A DNA stretch of 18,913 nucleotides from a virus (Duplodnaviria > Heunggongvirae > Uroviricota > Caudoviricetes), in IMG/VR virus record IMGVR_UViG_3300028969_000096, positions 1 through 18,913 of that record, one strand, 5' to 3'. This document shows, in pieces, positions 1 through 8,505 of this stretch. A program made the translations under genes and the position numbers. Position 1 is the stretch's first letter, and each line of letters starts with the position of its first letter. The notes under the pieces are model-generated. The model made no database searches. It saw only the letters and a program-made list of their open reading frames with translations, and was not told the DNA's origin.

Positions 1-227
1 CAACTGCAGCGTTGAAGGTTTCGTTTTTTGGCCCCTTCTATGGTGGCTATAATGTAATCAAACTGGATGATGAGTATAAGTATGCTCTTGTCAGTGGTCC
101 GAACAGAGAATACCTATGGATTCTGGCAAGGACCCCAACTATTCCAGATAAAGTAAAAGCAGACTATGTGCGAACCGCTCAAAAGTTGGGATTCAATGTC
201 AATGAATTATTATGGGTTAAACAATAA
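1..227 (+). CDS. Bacterial lipocalin (Blc-like) C-terminal fragment; 5' end lies outside the window
   Basis: The reading frame is open from the window edge to the TAA at 225-227. The translation ...FFGPFYGGYNVIKLDDEYKYALVSGPNREYLWILARTPTIPDKV...LWVKQ resembles the C-terminal motifs of outer-membrane lipocalin Blc as I recall them. Identity is from memory, not a search. Confidence 0.55.
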   Translation, partial: TAALKVSFFGPFYGGYNVIKLDDEYKYALVSGPNREYLWILARTPTIPDKVKADYVRTAQKLGFNVNELLWVKQ

Positions 228-255
228 AATCCCTACCCGAAATAATACTTATTAG

Positions 256-282
256 AAAAAAACCAGCCTTTGGGGAGGCTGG
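256..282 (-). terminator. Intrinsic terminator downstream of Q (tR'-like)
   Basis: Seen in sequence: a 7-bp perfect stem ccagcct(263-269)/aggctgg(276-282) with a 6-nt loop. On the minus strand it is followed by a run of 7 T (plus-strand A at 256-262). It lies about 100 bp downstream of the Q-like gene. Confidence 0.55.
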
Positions 283-382
283 CTAAATCAGGAAACAAGC
301 TGTTATATGATAATAACTACGTTGCGATTCCAACATTTAAAATGTTAGACTAATGAGAATCAGACAGCAACTTTTCCTTTAA

Positions 383-760
383 TTATTTCGAACAATCAGC
401 ATCCATCTCCAATCGGAGATCCAACACCATCAGCATACCCTCCACTACGCCCTCAGCTTTCTGGAGCATCCTGCCAACCCAACAATCAGATCGCCCATGC
501 TTACGTGCAAGCGCCATAAAAGTCATGCCGCCGACATAATAGTCCACCAATAAATCATGCAAATCGCTGTTGTTCTTTTTCAGACGGGCCATGCACCCGC
601 AAATGATCATCGCGTCATCGTCACAACATTGCGGGCGAGATTTTACTTTTGAAGGAATTAATCCCTTAAAACCGGCGGCAATGGACGACCAGGTCACATC
701 TTCATGATTATTAGCCGCCCACGCTCCCCAACGTTCAAGAACCATCTGAATATCACGCAT
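383..760 (-). CDS. quuD: Late-gene antiterminator Q (phage 82 / DLP12 QuuD-like)
   Basis: The translation [35 protein letters not shown]...[18 protein letters not shown]... matches what I recall of the short Q antiterminator family (QuuD, about 127 aa). I place the start at the internal ATG at 760 because GGAGAAAG sits 6 nt upstream; the track ORF extends to 775. It is the last gene of the minus-strand operon, with a terminator downstream. Confidence 0.65.
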   Translation of the reverse strand: MRDIQMVLERWGAWAANNHEDVTWSSIAAGFKGLIPSKVKSRPQCCDDDAMIICGCMARLKKNNSDLHDLLVDYYVGGMTFMALARKHGRSDCWVGRMLQKAEGVVEGMLMVLDLRLEMDADCSK

Positions 761-777
761 TAACTTTCTCCACAAAA

Positions 778-1773
778 TCAGGCCAGCACACCAATCGCCA
801 GTGCGCGATCGATAAAACGAAATATCAGCTCCAGCTGGGAGCCATACTTCTCTTCAAATGCCACGGTATCCGCATGCAGTTCGTCGTGGTGTTTTCTGCA
901 CAAAGGCAGCACAAAAAGGTCATGCGCTTTTGTACCCATTCCACCCTGACCATGGCCTATCAGATGATGCGGATCATCAGCTGGCTTTCCACAACATGCA
1001 CACGGCTGCGTCTTAACCCAGCGCGTGTACTGTTCATTAACCCAGCGACGACGTTTGGGGCGTAACATAAAAGACTCCGGCGACTCCGGATCCACTTTCA
1101 GCGCCAGCACCTTTTTCGCTTTATCCTGGATAATGCTGGTGGCAGGAACCGAAGGCACAAGGTCACTTTCCCGGGTGACAGACGGCAAAACAGACTTCGG
1201 TAATCTCAGTGCCTTACGGGCTGCGCTTTCCGGTAAGGCATCCGCCAGGTCATTACGAACCAGCCACCAGCACAGTTCCGGCATTGTCACGGCATGGTTA
1301 TCATTAAAATCGAGATCCCGACGGACTACAGACAACACCCAACGGGCACAGTTATCCGTTGCCATTGATTCCAGCCGCTCCGTGAACTGATCACGTAACT
1401 GATTATCGCAGTGCCAGCACAGACGGATTGCGCCCGGCGCGTGTCGCATTGTGGTCATGTTCTCGCTGTGCCAGTCGGAATGAGGCCACTGGCAGCCTTT
1501 TTCACGAAGTAACCAGCTTTCAAGACATTCCACCCCACCAGCACGACGAATCACTGCCTCATTACGGAACACGGCCCGAACGGCAGGATCATCCGCCAGC
1601 GGTTGTGATGCCGCGGGAACGGCACCACTGGCGAAAGATGAATAATGCTCCGGCTCAGGCTCCAGCAGTACACGCCCCTGCATAAACAGGGGCATCAGCT
1701 CTGAACCGGGCCTGAACAATACGATCCCCATACGCGGGGCAATTTCAGGGGTCAATAGTGCTCTCACGGTCAC
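778..1773 (-). CDS. DUF968-family protein (YdfU-like) with C-terminal Cys/His HNH-like motif
   Basis: A 331-aa ORF whose C-terminus reads [21 protein letters not shown]...[12 protein letters not shown]. It sits immediately upstream of Q, as ydfU does next to quuQ in prophage Qin from memory. The start may be the GTG at 1773 or at 1767. Confidence 0.5.
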   Translation of the reverse strand: MTVRALLTPEIAPRMGIVLFRPGSELMPLFMQGRVLLEPEPEHYSSFASGAVPAASQPLADDPAVRAVFRNEAVIRRAGGVECLESWLLREKGCQWPHSDWHSENMTTMRHAPGAIRLCWHCDNQLRDQFTERLESMATDNCARWVLSVVRRDLDFNDNHAVTMPELCWWLVRNDLADALPESAARKALRLPKSVLPSVTRESDLVPSVPATSIIQDKAKKVLALKVDPESPESFMLRPKRRRWVNEQYTRWVKTQPCACCGKPADDPHHLIGHGQGGMGTKAHDLFVLPLCRKHHDELHADTVAFEEKYGSQLELIFRFIDRALAIGVLA

Positions 1774-1774
1774 C

Positions 1775-2572
1775 TCAATGAACGGTATCGAGCAGCTTTA
1801 ACAGCTCAGGGAATCGGGATTCGAAGAAATGCGGCTGCGTCTCGCGCGGATTTGCGGGACTGGTGATGTTCTTGCCGAACATGCAGCCTTTCGCTGTCAG
1901 CGACCAGAATTTTTTGATGTTGTTAATCGCGGTACGGCTGTATCGTTCGCGCTGCTCGACGATCCCCAGCTTCACCATCTGGTGATATGCCTGATTAGCT
2001 GTCAGGCGGATACCATACTGCTTCAGCAGTGCACTCAGTGACAGCGTGGGACGGCTTGAGCCATCAGGCGCGTCAGCAGGAGCATCAATGGCATAGCGCG
2101 GTGCCAGATTCGGTAAGCCAACAGCCTCCTGGAGTTTCTGACAGGCACCAAGCACTGAAGAGTTAGACAGGTTTAACTCCCGGCGCATAAAGTCCAGCAG
2201 AATCACGCCAGCCTGCATCTTGTCAGCAGCCTGCCCGGATAATTTTTCCGATGCGCTGGTTACCATATCGAAAGTACGGATCACCTTCAGATGGAATGAC
2301 GGGCTGATCCACATTGCATAGGCATACACCAGTTCTTTGCAGACATACGTCCCCTGGTTATTTCCGCCACGAATAACGTTAACTGGCTCTATATTGACCG
2401 AGTTGCAAATCTGCAACTCGCTTATTAAACGTTCAGTTTGCTCATTGCGGAGCCAGAATGCAGGCTTATGCTTATCCAGAGAACCGGCAGCCCTGTGCAG
2501 ATCGTTCAGGCTGTAACGCCCATAAGCATCACGACGAACTTCAATACCATCAATGACCATCAGATTATTCAT
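1775..2572 (-). CDS. KilA-N domain protein (antirepressor/Bro-like)
   Basis: The N-terminus MNNLMVIDGIEVRRDAYGRYSLNDLHRAAG...AFWLRNEQTERLI...YVCKELVYAYAMWISPSFHLKVI is a typical KilA-N/ORF6N domain. I chose the start at 2572 because AGGAG lies 9 nt upstream; the track ORF begins at 2605. Confidence 0.6.
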   Translation of the reverse strand: MNNLMVIDGIEVRRDAYGRYSLNDLHRAAGSLDKHKPAFWLRNEQTERLISELQICNSVNIEPVNVIRGGNNQGTYVCKELVYAYAMWISPSFHLKVIRTFDMVTSASEKLSGQAADKMQAGVILLDFMRRELNLSNSSVLGACQKLQEAVGLPNLAPRYAIDAPADAPDGSSRPTLSLSALLKQYGIRLTANQAYHQMVKLGIVEQRERYSRTAINNIKKFWSLTAKGCMFGKNITSPANPRETQPHFFESRFPELLKLLDTVH

Positions 2573-2591
2573 ACTTCGTTTCTCCTCTTGA

Positions 2592-2981
2592 TCAGGCGGC
2601 TGCACCCGCCGTTTTCTCGTACTTACTGATAGTGATCTCGACCTTCCCTTCCGGGATAACCGGTCCCCACTCCACCAGCATTCTTTTCACCTGGCTGTCG
2701 TCTTCCCACACACCCGCGTGGGTCAGGGCGTCAAACAGCGCCTTGTTATAGTTGTCCAGATCGCGGATCCGGTTATCCGGAGGAAACAACACGATCTCCA
2801 CTGAAGCAGGTGCCGACGTTGGTTTCGGCAGACGACGTAACTGCTCAACTATTGCTGTGCACGCCGCACTCTGGAATTTTCGCCCCGCCGCGCTTATCAG
2901 GCTCTTACCAGCAAATGCCACTTTGTTGGGGTGTCGCCAGTAGGTGTTCACGCTGGGTGGAAAAGGCAGAATCAGCTTCAT
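2592..2981 (-). CDS. rusA: Holliday-junction resolvase RusA
   Basis: The 129-aa product starts MKLILPFPPSVNTYWRH and contains RDLDNYNKALFDALTHAGVWEDDSQV, both characteristic of the RusA family. Its start codon overlaps the stop of the upstream gene. Confidence 0.8.
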   Translation of the reverse strand: MKLILPFPPSVNTYWRHPNKVAFAGKSLISAAGRKFQSAACTAIVEQLRRLPKPTSAPASVEIVLFPPDNRIRDLDNYNKALFDALTHAGVWEDDSQVKRMLVEWGPVIPEGKVEITISKYEKTAGAAA

Positions 2982-3304
2982 ACTTTCAGCCCCCTCTCAT
3001 GTAACCAGTGGGCTGCACGCAGCCTGGCGTTTTCCTCACCAGCAAGCAGTGCGCGGATAATCCCGGCCACCTCGCTGTCGTCGTCCTTCACCGCGGTATG
3101 AAGCGTGATGCCCCGGGCCACGCCACGCTTTATCGTGATGACGCCTTTTTTCTCCAGTGCGCGAAGATGCTCCACCGCTGCATTCACTGAACGGTATCCC
3201 AGCATGGTAGCCACCTCCTGATTGGTTGGCGGGAAGCCACGTTCTTTCTGGTAAGAAATCAGCATATCCAGCACCTGCTGCTGGCATTGAGTTAACGTCG
3301 TCAT
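2978..3304 (-). CDS. LexA N-terminal DNA-binding-domain-like protein with no S24 peptidase domain
   Basis: The product LTQCQQQVLDMLISYQKERGFPPTNQEVATMLGYRSVNAAVEHLRALEKKGVITIKRGVARGITL aligns by eye with the LexA winged-helix domain (…[32 protein letters not shown]…). No Ser/Lys peptidase domain follows. I place the start at the ATG at 3304, which overlaps the upstream TAA as TAATG. Confidence 0.55.
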   Translation of the reverse strand: MTTLTQCQQQVLDMLISYQKERGFPPTNQEVATMLGYRSVNAAVEHLRALEKKGVITIKRGVARGITLHTAVKDDDSEVAGIIRALLAGEENARLRAAHWLHERGLKV

Positions 3305-3798
3305 TAAGCCCCCACGTAATTCCCTGACAGATACCACTCTTCACCCGATACAGCGCGCTTGCTGCTTTTCCGTAAACACCGCTCACGACGCGCAAGAAAA
3401 TTGTTTCGCTCTTGCTGGGAGTGGCTTTCACGGAATGCCGCCATCCACACCGTTGCAGCACGACGGTATAAGCCCCTGGACTCCAGTTCTTCCGCCTGGC
3501 GGGTCAGGCACAAAATCACCCGGGGATCGTTAGTGCCGACATAGAAATTGCGCACAGGTCTGGATTCACGAACTGGTTGCGGTTCCGGCTCCTGCGGTAT
3601 CTCAGTCAGCCGCGGGAAATGTCTGCGTGTATCCCCTTCACAACGGTGAGCCACACGCCCACTCTGACGTAACTTGCTTGCTGACTGCAGAACGCGCTGT
3701 CGTGAGTAACCTGCAAAAGCATCCGCAATGTCTCCGGAAGTACACCCCGGATGGGCTTCAATGAATTTCTGAACGTCATTCAAAAGACTCATGATCAC
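3304..3798 (-). CDS. Putative PerC-family-like regulator
   Basis: The C-terminal motif LESRGLYRRAATVWMAAFRESHSQQERNNFLARRERCL resembles the PerC/Pch signature (GLWRRAA…W…RRE.CL) as I recall it. The start overlaps the O-like stop in an ATGA arrangement. The family assignment is tentative. Confidence 0.4.
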   Translation of the reverse strand: MIMSLLNDVQKFIEAHPGCTSGDIADAFAGYSRQRVLQSASKLRQSGRVAHRCEGDTRRHFPRLTEIPQEPEPQPVRESRPVRNFYVGTNDPRVILCLTRQAEELESRGLYRRAATVWMAAFRESHSQQERNNFLARRERCLRKSSKRAVSGEEWYLSGNYVGA

Positions 3799-4736
3799 CC
3801 CCTGAATCCTGCCGGGATCTGGCTGTAGTCCACGTTGTCGTAACTGGCTTTGAAGTACGGGTCTTCGCGTTTTTCGGTGTACGTGCTGACGGACGGCGAT
3901 AAGCGCAGGGAAAGCTCATCCCATTTTTCCCGCAGCTTCGACGGGCTGAGCACGTTACGGCACCAGAACGGATCGCGACTGACGCGGCTGTACATCTCGC
4001 AGATTTGTTTATGAGTACGACCATCCTGCACACACATCAGGCGAATTTCGTTTGCCCAGGCTATCCAGTTCGGTTCTTTGGGACGAACCACCTCGCCGTC
4101 ACATTCGGCGGCATGCTCGTACAGGGCGATGATTTTTTTCCAGAGCCACTGTGCGCAGGTCAAATCATCCTGCGTCCCCCACTGGCGCTTTTTAGGGCTG
4201 AATACAACCGCATCAGGATGGCGAGTTAAAAAATCCTGTTCAGCCGTCTGCGTGTCCGGTTGCGAAGCGTCCGGACGAGAAGTTTTTTTATCTGACGGAT
4301 CATGTTTTGATTTTACTGACGGATCCCCACCAGATTCTGACGGGTGAAAACCCGCTTTTTTGCCAGATTTCGACGCATCAAATTTTGACGGGTCAGATTT
4401 TGATGCGTCAGATTTTGACGGGTCAGAATCTGACAGTTGAGAAAATGCCGCTGCCTGAAGCTTCGCAACGTTAAGCTGATAAACATTCGACGCATTGCGG
4501 TTACCCTGGCGACGCGCCCTACGCGTTAACCAGCCTTCTGCTTCCAGCCGTGCGATAGCCGTTCTGACGGTACTCATCCCCGCGCCAATCTGGCGGGCAA
4601 TGGTTTCAATTGATGGCCAGCACACACCTTCGTCATTACTGAAATCAGCCAGGCGGGCCATAATTGCCACGCTGGATAATTTCATGCCTGATGCAGCGCA
4701 ACCATCCCATACATAGCCGGTTAATTTAGTGCTCAT
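3795..4736 (-). CDS. Replication initiator (lambda O-like) with N-terminal winged-helix and repeat-encoded linker
   Basis: The N-terminus SVAIMARLADFSNDEGVCWPSIETIARQIGAGMSTVRTAIARLEAEGWL is a winged-helix typical of phage replication initiators. The central DPSKSDASKSDPSKFDASKSG is encoded by tandem DNA iterons. GAGG lies 7 nt upstream of the ATG at 4736. Confidence 0.6.
   Translation of the reverse strand: MSTKLTGYVWDGCAASGMKLSSVAIMARLADFSNDEGVCWPSIETIARQIGAGMSTVRTAIARLEAEGWLTRRARRQGNRNASNVYQLNVAKLQAAAFSQLSDSDPSKSDASKSDPSKFDASKSGKKAGFHPSESGGDPSVKSKHDPSDKKTSRPDASQPDTQTAEQDFLTRHPDAVVFSPKKRQWGTQDDLTCAQWLWKKIIALYEHAAECDGEVVRPKEPNWIAWANEIRLMCVQDGRTHKQICEMYSRVSRDPFWCRNVLSPSKLREKWDELSLRLSPSVSTYTEKREDPYFKASYDNVDYSQIPAGFRG
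4289..4438. repeat. Iteron array, candidate phage origin of replication inside the initiator gene
   Basis: Seen in sequence: six roughly 15-bp units. Copies at 4331-4345 (cagattctgacgggt), 4364-4378, 4379-4393 (caaattttgacgggt), 4394-4408 (cagattttgatgcgt), 4409-4423 (cagattttgacgggt) and 4424-4438. Degenerate CTGACGGATC copies sit at 4292-4301 and 4316-4325. The organisation parallels ori-lambda inside O. Confidence 0.55.
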
Positions 4737-4745
4737 GACCGACCT

Positions 4746-5084
4746 CTATTTCCCTGAATTTACGACGAAACTGTTCGAGCGGGCTGAAGCACTCATGCTC
4801 ATAGCCTTCGCGGAGGTAGATAACACGTTGTGTTTCCGGTTCCCAACGAATGACTCTGACGGGCACTCCGTAGTGATCTTTGAACCAGCGGTTAACTTGT
4901 CGCAAAGGACTGTCTCCTTCTGCCGGTTGAAATCACCCACAGCCCACTCAGCAAAGCTGTGGGTTACAATTTCCCTGTCACCTGGTACATTCACTGCATA
5001 GCAATATTCCACCTTCGCTTTTCCACCCGGTACAGGAAGCGCAATCAGTTGCGAGCGACGGTAGTGTGTTGTTAAACTGTTCAT
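4746..5084 (-). CDS. Hypothetical protein (112 aa)
   Basis: The ORF fills the gap between the CII-like and O-like genes. Its ATG overlaps the upstream TGA as ATGA, and GGAG lies upstream. No recognisable motif. A competing plus-strand ORF (4729-5001) is considered less likely from operon context. Confidence 0.4.
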   Translation of the reverse strand: MNSLTTHYRRSQLIALPVPGGKAKVEYCYAVNVPGDREIVTHSFAEWAVGDFNRQKETVLCDKLTAGSKITTECPSESFVGNRKHNVLSTSAKAMSMSASARSNSFVVNSGK

Positions 5085-5743
5085 GCGTTAGTTTCTCCAC
5101 AGTCACGACACGCCACGGCGCCCGGAGCTGCACACTCGCGGGCGTCATTACTTTCTGAAATGCAAAAGATTTTGTAGACCAGTGCTGCATGCTCCTGCAG
5201 CTTCGAAATTGAGAGATACAGCTCGTCGTTAATTGCTGTCTTCTCATGCGGTTCCACTACACCGTCTTCGATTGCTGAACGAATCTGTTTTGAATAACTG
5301 CCGATCTGTTCAATGACTTCCAGCAGACGCTGGTTAATATCGGCGTTGTCCACATCCTCGACGTCAGGAAGAGACACAAATACGCCATTTGCAGACTGCG
5401 CCACAGCATCAGCAATGAAGTGAGTGCCACCAGCACGCTGTAAAACCATTGCCCATCCCAGCGGGAAAATCTGATCGCCATCGGCACGAAGGCGGTTAAA
5501 TAATGCGTTCTCTGTTACGTCCAGCCAGTCAGCAGCTTCAGCGTAACCCCCCGGCAACGCTGCGATAGTTTTTCTGACAGCTTTCACGTACCACTCAGGC
5601 TGTTTTTCTATTTTCCAGTGATGCTTACCCACGGTTAACTCCTCGTTTCTGTGGTTACGTTTACGCAGCTGAACCGCTAACTTTTGAATAGCACTCAGGT
5701 AATCCATCATTTGGATTGGGGTAAATATCAGGACGCAGTTCAT
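5081..5743 (-). CDS. Putative CII-like / YdaT-like early regulator
   Basis: The ORF lies directly downstream of the cro-like gene on the same strand. The start is uncertain (5743, or the ATGs at 5710 and 5707) and either choice overlaps the 3' end of cro. The function is assigned by position only. Confidence 0.35.
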   Translation of the reverse strand: MNCVLIFTPIQMMDYLSAIQKLAVQLRKRNHRNEELTVGKHHWKIEKQPEWYVKAVRKTIAALPGGYAEAADWLDVTENALFNRLRADGDQIFPLGWAMVLQRAGGTHFIADAVAQSANGVFVSLPDVEDVDNADINQRLLEVIEQIGSYSKQIRSAIEDGVVEPHEKTAINDELYLSISKLQEHAALVYKIFCISESNDARECAAPGAVACRDCGETNA

Positions 5744-5924
5744 GAGGGGTCACGGACCAGTTTCCCAACTCACAAAGTTGTAAAACCCGTTCTGACGGGA
5801 CTTGATTGTTAATTACCCAATTAGCGACGGATTGAGTGGACTTAAAACCAAAGTGACGGGCTACTTCAGATAAAGATTTTCCCGCAGCTTTTACTGCTTT
5901 CTCTGTGTAGTTTTGAGATGACAT
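5661..5924 (-). CDS. Cro-like HTH repressor (YdaS-like)
   Basis: An 87-aa product with the HTH KSLSEVARHFGFKSTQSVANWV. It is divergent from the cI-like gene, and the SD GGAGAAAGG precedes the ATG at 5924. Confidence 0.65.
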   Translation of the reverse strand: MSSQNYTEKAVKAAGKSLSEVARHFGFKSTQSVANWVINNQVPSERVLQLCELGNWSVTPHELRPDIYPNPNDGLPECYSKVSGSAA

Positions 5925-6040
5925 ACCTTTCTCCTCTGAAATTCAGAGGGATGATGCTACTTAAAATAGCAGAATGCAACTACTTAAAATAGAAATGACT
6001 AGCGTATGTGATGCGAGTAACCTTCTACCTATGGTAGAAG
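5925..6040. promoter_or_regulatory. Divergent cI/cro control region with candidate operators
   Basis: Seen in sequence: a 17-bp perfect palindrome cctctgaaAttcagagg (5933-5949), a second 17-bp palindrome ttctaccTATggtagaa (6021-6037), and two copies of ctacttaaaatag (5957-5969 and 5980-5992). Promoter positions were not resolved. Confidence 0.5.
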
Positions 6041-6735
6041 AACAGAAGTATCCAGATTTCGCCAAGAGACTAAACGAGCTAATGACAAACAAGGGAATTT
6101 CTGTCACCCAACTCAAAAGTCTTGTGGGCGTTACATATGAAATGGCGCGGCGATACACAATCGGCGCTGCGAAGCCTCGTGCCTCTGTCATGAATAAACT
6201 TGCATTGGCTCTGGGGGTATCAGCTTCATATTTAGAATATGGTGTTGGCGAGAGAGAAGGATGTAAGGAAATGGCAAGCATCCCCAATCCAACAAAACCC
6301 GATGTATACAGGATAGAAGTTTTGGATCTTAGCGTTAGCGCAGGACCTGGAACCTATATGCTTTCAGACTATGTTGATGTGCTCTACGCCATTGAGTTCA
6401 CAACAGAGCATGCCCGTTCTCTTTTCGGTAATCGTTCTCAAGATGATATTAAAGTTATGACTGTAAATGGCGACAGCATGTCCCCTACTCTAGTTTCCGG
6501 AGATCGACTGTTTGTCGACATTTCTGTTCGCAACTTCCAAACTGATGGTGTTTACTCTTTCGTTTATGGTAAGACGTTCCACGTTAAACGTCTACAAATG
6601 CAAGGCAACAAACTCGCCGTTCTTTCGGATAATCCAGCCTATGAGAAATGGTACATTGATGAGAAGTCCCAAGATCAACTTTATGTTATGGGCAAAGCAT
6701 TGATACACGAATCAATTAAATACAACCGGCTTTAG
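5974..6735 (+). CDS. cI-like repressor (HTH-XRE plus S24 LexA-like peptidase domain)
   Basis: HTH: FAKRLNELMTNKGISVTQLKSLVGVTYEMARRYTIG. Peptidase region: GDSMSPTLVSGDRLFVD...FHVKRLQ..., giving the Ser/Lys dyad context. The true start may be the ATG at 5995 or 6031 rather than 5974. Confidence 0.8.
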   Translation: MQLLKIEMTSVCDASNLLPMVEEQKYPDFAKRLNELMTNKGISVTQLKSLVGVTYEMARRYTIGAAKPRASVMNKLALALGVSASYLEYGVGEREGCKEMASIPNPTKPDVYRIEVLDLSVSAGPGTYMLSDYVDVLYAIEFTTEHARSLFGNRSQDDIKVMTVNGDSMSPTLVSGDRLFVDISVRNFQTDGVYSFVYGKTFHVKRLQMQGNKLAVLSDNPAYEKWYIDEKSQDQLYVMGKALIHESIKYNRL

Positions 6736-6905
6736 TTCTTCGTTTAGACTATAGAACTAAAGGTGAAAAAATAATATTTATCAAGCAAGTGCTATTACTA
6801 ATAGTTGTTTTACTCTCTTATTTTTATTAAACATTATCATTAACAATATAAAATAATCACCCAGCGTAAATTACAATATGCTGGGGGTCGAAAGGATAGA
6901 GAAAT

Positions 6906-7982
6906 ATGACAAAATCAATTTGTTTTTTTAATCATAAAGGTGGGGTAAGTAAAACCACAACAACCTTCAATCTTGGATGGGCACTTGCGGATGAAGGCAA
7001 GAAAGTATTGATGGTTGACCTTGATTCGCAATGTAATCTAACAGGAATGGTTCTTGGCTATGAAAAGATTGATGAGGGTTTAGATTCTTTTTATTCTAGC
7101 AGAGATAACTTAACTCTTGGACCTATTGTAGAATATTTGATTAATGGCGGACAACCTGAAGCATACCTTGAAAAAGAAACGGGAAAATTACACCCTACAC
7201 TGCATGAAAACCTTCTGCTTCTTCCCGGACATTTAGATGTTTCGGACTTAGATTCACAGATAAGTGTTTCTCTAAAAATTGCTGCTGGTATTCCTGCTAC
7301 AAGAAATATACCAGGGAACCTGCCAAAAATATTACAGCTAATCGCCATGAAGAATAATATTGATTACATTCTTTATGATCTCAGCCCTAATGTTGGAGGT
7401 TTAAATGAAGTAGTTCTCATGTCAAGTGACTATTTTATCGTACCTGTAGCTCCAGACTTTTTTTGCTGGCAAGCAATTCGCTCTCTCTCAAAAAATATAC
7501 CTCGCTGGCACAAAGAATTAGCATTATTTAAAGAAAATAATGATGGTAACTCTTCACAATCAATTAAAAATGCACCGCAGTTTCTAGGTATGATTCAGCA
7601 GAGATACAGGCCGCGTAAAGGAGCACCTGTAAAATCTTTCGAAAAATGGATGGCAGCTATCCGTGATGCTGTTGATTCGATCTTAGTGCCAAATCTAGAA
7701 AAAATTACCTGCATAATTCCACGAGATAAAGTGCAACATGCAATTAACAAAACAACAGTCAGTGGAGATTTATCAGCCTATGATCTTGCGCATATTTCCG
7801 ATTTCAACTCATTAATCGCAATAAGCCAACAACTAGCGACACCTGTTTTCTCCATCAGTGATCAGCAAATTCGCGATTCAGGGCAATTTGGGCATGCCTT
7901 AAATACAATGAAATCAAGCAGAGACGCCTTTAACGAACAATTTAAAGGGCTGGCTCAACGAGTTCTAGAACTTACAAAGTAA
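6906..7982 (+). CDS. ParA/MinD-family P-loop ATPase (orphan, 358 aa)
   Basis: Deviant Walker A KGGVSKTT sits at the extreme N-terminus (MTKSICFFNHKGGVSKTTTTFNLGWALADEGKKVLMVDLDSQ). A Walker B-like region follows (ILYDLSPNVGG...YFIVPVAP). There is a long C-terminal extension of unknown type. The RBS AAAGGA precedes the ATG. The gene lies in a markedly AT-rich island directly downstream of cI. Confidence 0.8.
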   Translation: MTKSICFFNHKGGVSKTTTTFNLGWALADEGKKVLMVDLDSQCNLTGMVLGYEKIDEGLDSFYSSRDNLTLGPIVEYLINGGQPEAYLEKETGKLHPTLHENLLLLPGHLDVSDLDSQISVSLKIAAGIPATRNIPGNLPKILQLIAMKNNIDYILYDLSPNVGGLNEVVLMSSDYFIVPVAPDFFCWQAIRSLSKNIPRWHKELALFKENNDGNSSQSIKNAPQFLGMIQQRYRPRKGAPVKSFEKWMAAIRDAVDSILVPNLEKITCIIPRDKVQHAINKTTVSGDLSAYDLAHISDFNSLIAISQQLATPVFSISDQQIRDSGQFGHALNTMKSSRDAFNEQFKGLAQRVLELTK

Positions 7983-7989
7983 TGCATGT

Positions 7990-8022
7990 GCCCGGCCGCA
8001 TAACCGGGCTTTACTCTTCTTT
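7990..8022 (+). terminator. Intrinsic terminator after the ParA-like gene
   Basis: Stem gcccgg(7990-7995)/ccgggc(8004-8009) with an 8-nt loop, followed by tttactcttctttc. Confidence 0.5.
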
Positions 8023-8304
8023 CTCCCTGATTAATCTCATAAAAAACTCCCTCCTCATAATTCACTATGCTCAATACCTACTCCAACTTCGTGCGATATT
8101 TTCAGTTTACAGCATAGTAAATCAGCAAAAACATTTAACTTTCAATTAATTATAGAAAAATCATAGACAACAACAAATATCTACTTTTTGTTGTTGATTT
8201 TTGCTACTTTAAGTAGCAACATAATGTAAGCTATCACGGACAGGCAGGACGCCCACGAAGTAGCCGCCGGTGGCGTATGAATGACCGGATGATTCGTTAG
8301 CAAC

Positions 8305-8327
8305 AAAAAAGCGCCCTACAGGACGCT
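8305..8327 (-). terminator. Intrinsic terminator on the minus strand
   Basis: In minus-strand RNA: AGCGUCC-UGUA-GGGCGCU, a 7-bp stem with one U-G wobble, followed by UUUUUUGUUGC. It lies about 180 nt downstream of the 8506-9009 gene. Confidence 0.45.
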
Positions 8328-8505
8328 TAGCTCTTTAACAATCTTAGTATCCCCGTAACAAAAGAGGGTTCTATGGTCATATTCTGTGCTTACGTTCATC
8401 CTAATGGATTTTTTATCAGCACCAACCAACAAGACGAATTCTGGATTCTACTTAGTAAGCAGGTCGGATGGGGACGATTCTGTCTAATCCGACCAGAATC
8501 AGAAT

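Noticed and set aside
874-1685. Plus-strand ORFs 874-1065, 1025-1390 and 1428-1685 inside the DUF968 gene
   Set aside because: They are antisense to a long ORF that fits the operon, and have no RBS or recognisable motifs.
4289-4438. Tandem short repeats that could be mistaken for a CRISPR array
   Set aside because: The units are about 15 bp with no unique spacers, lie inside an ORF, and encode a repetitive peptide. Iterons of a replication origin are the better explanation.
4729-5001. Plus-strand 90-aa ORF competing with the minus-strand 112-aa gene
   Set aside because: The minus-strand ORF is translationally coupled to both neighbours in a uniformly minus-strand operon. The plus-strand ORF would be convergent and lacks a clear RBS. 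This is not excluded, only judged less likely.
6460-6475. CTGTAAATGGCGACAG, which matches the CTGT-N8-ACAG LexA-box outline
   Set aside because: It lies inside the cI-like coding sequence (it encodes part of the GDSM peptidase motif) and the spacer is not AT-rich. Most likely coincidental.
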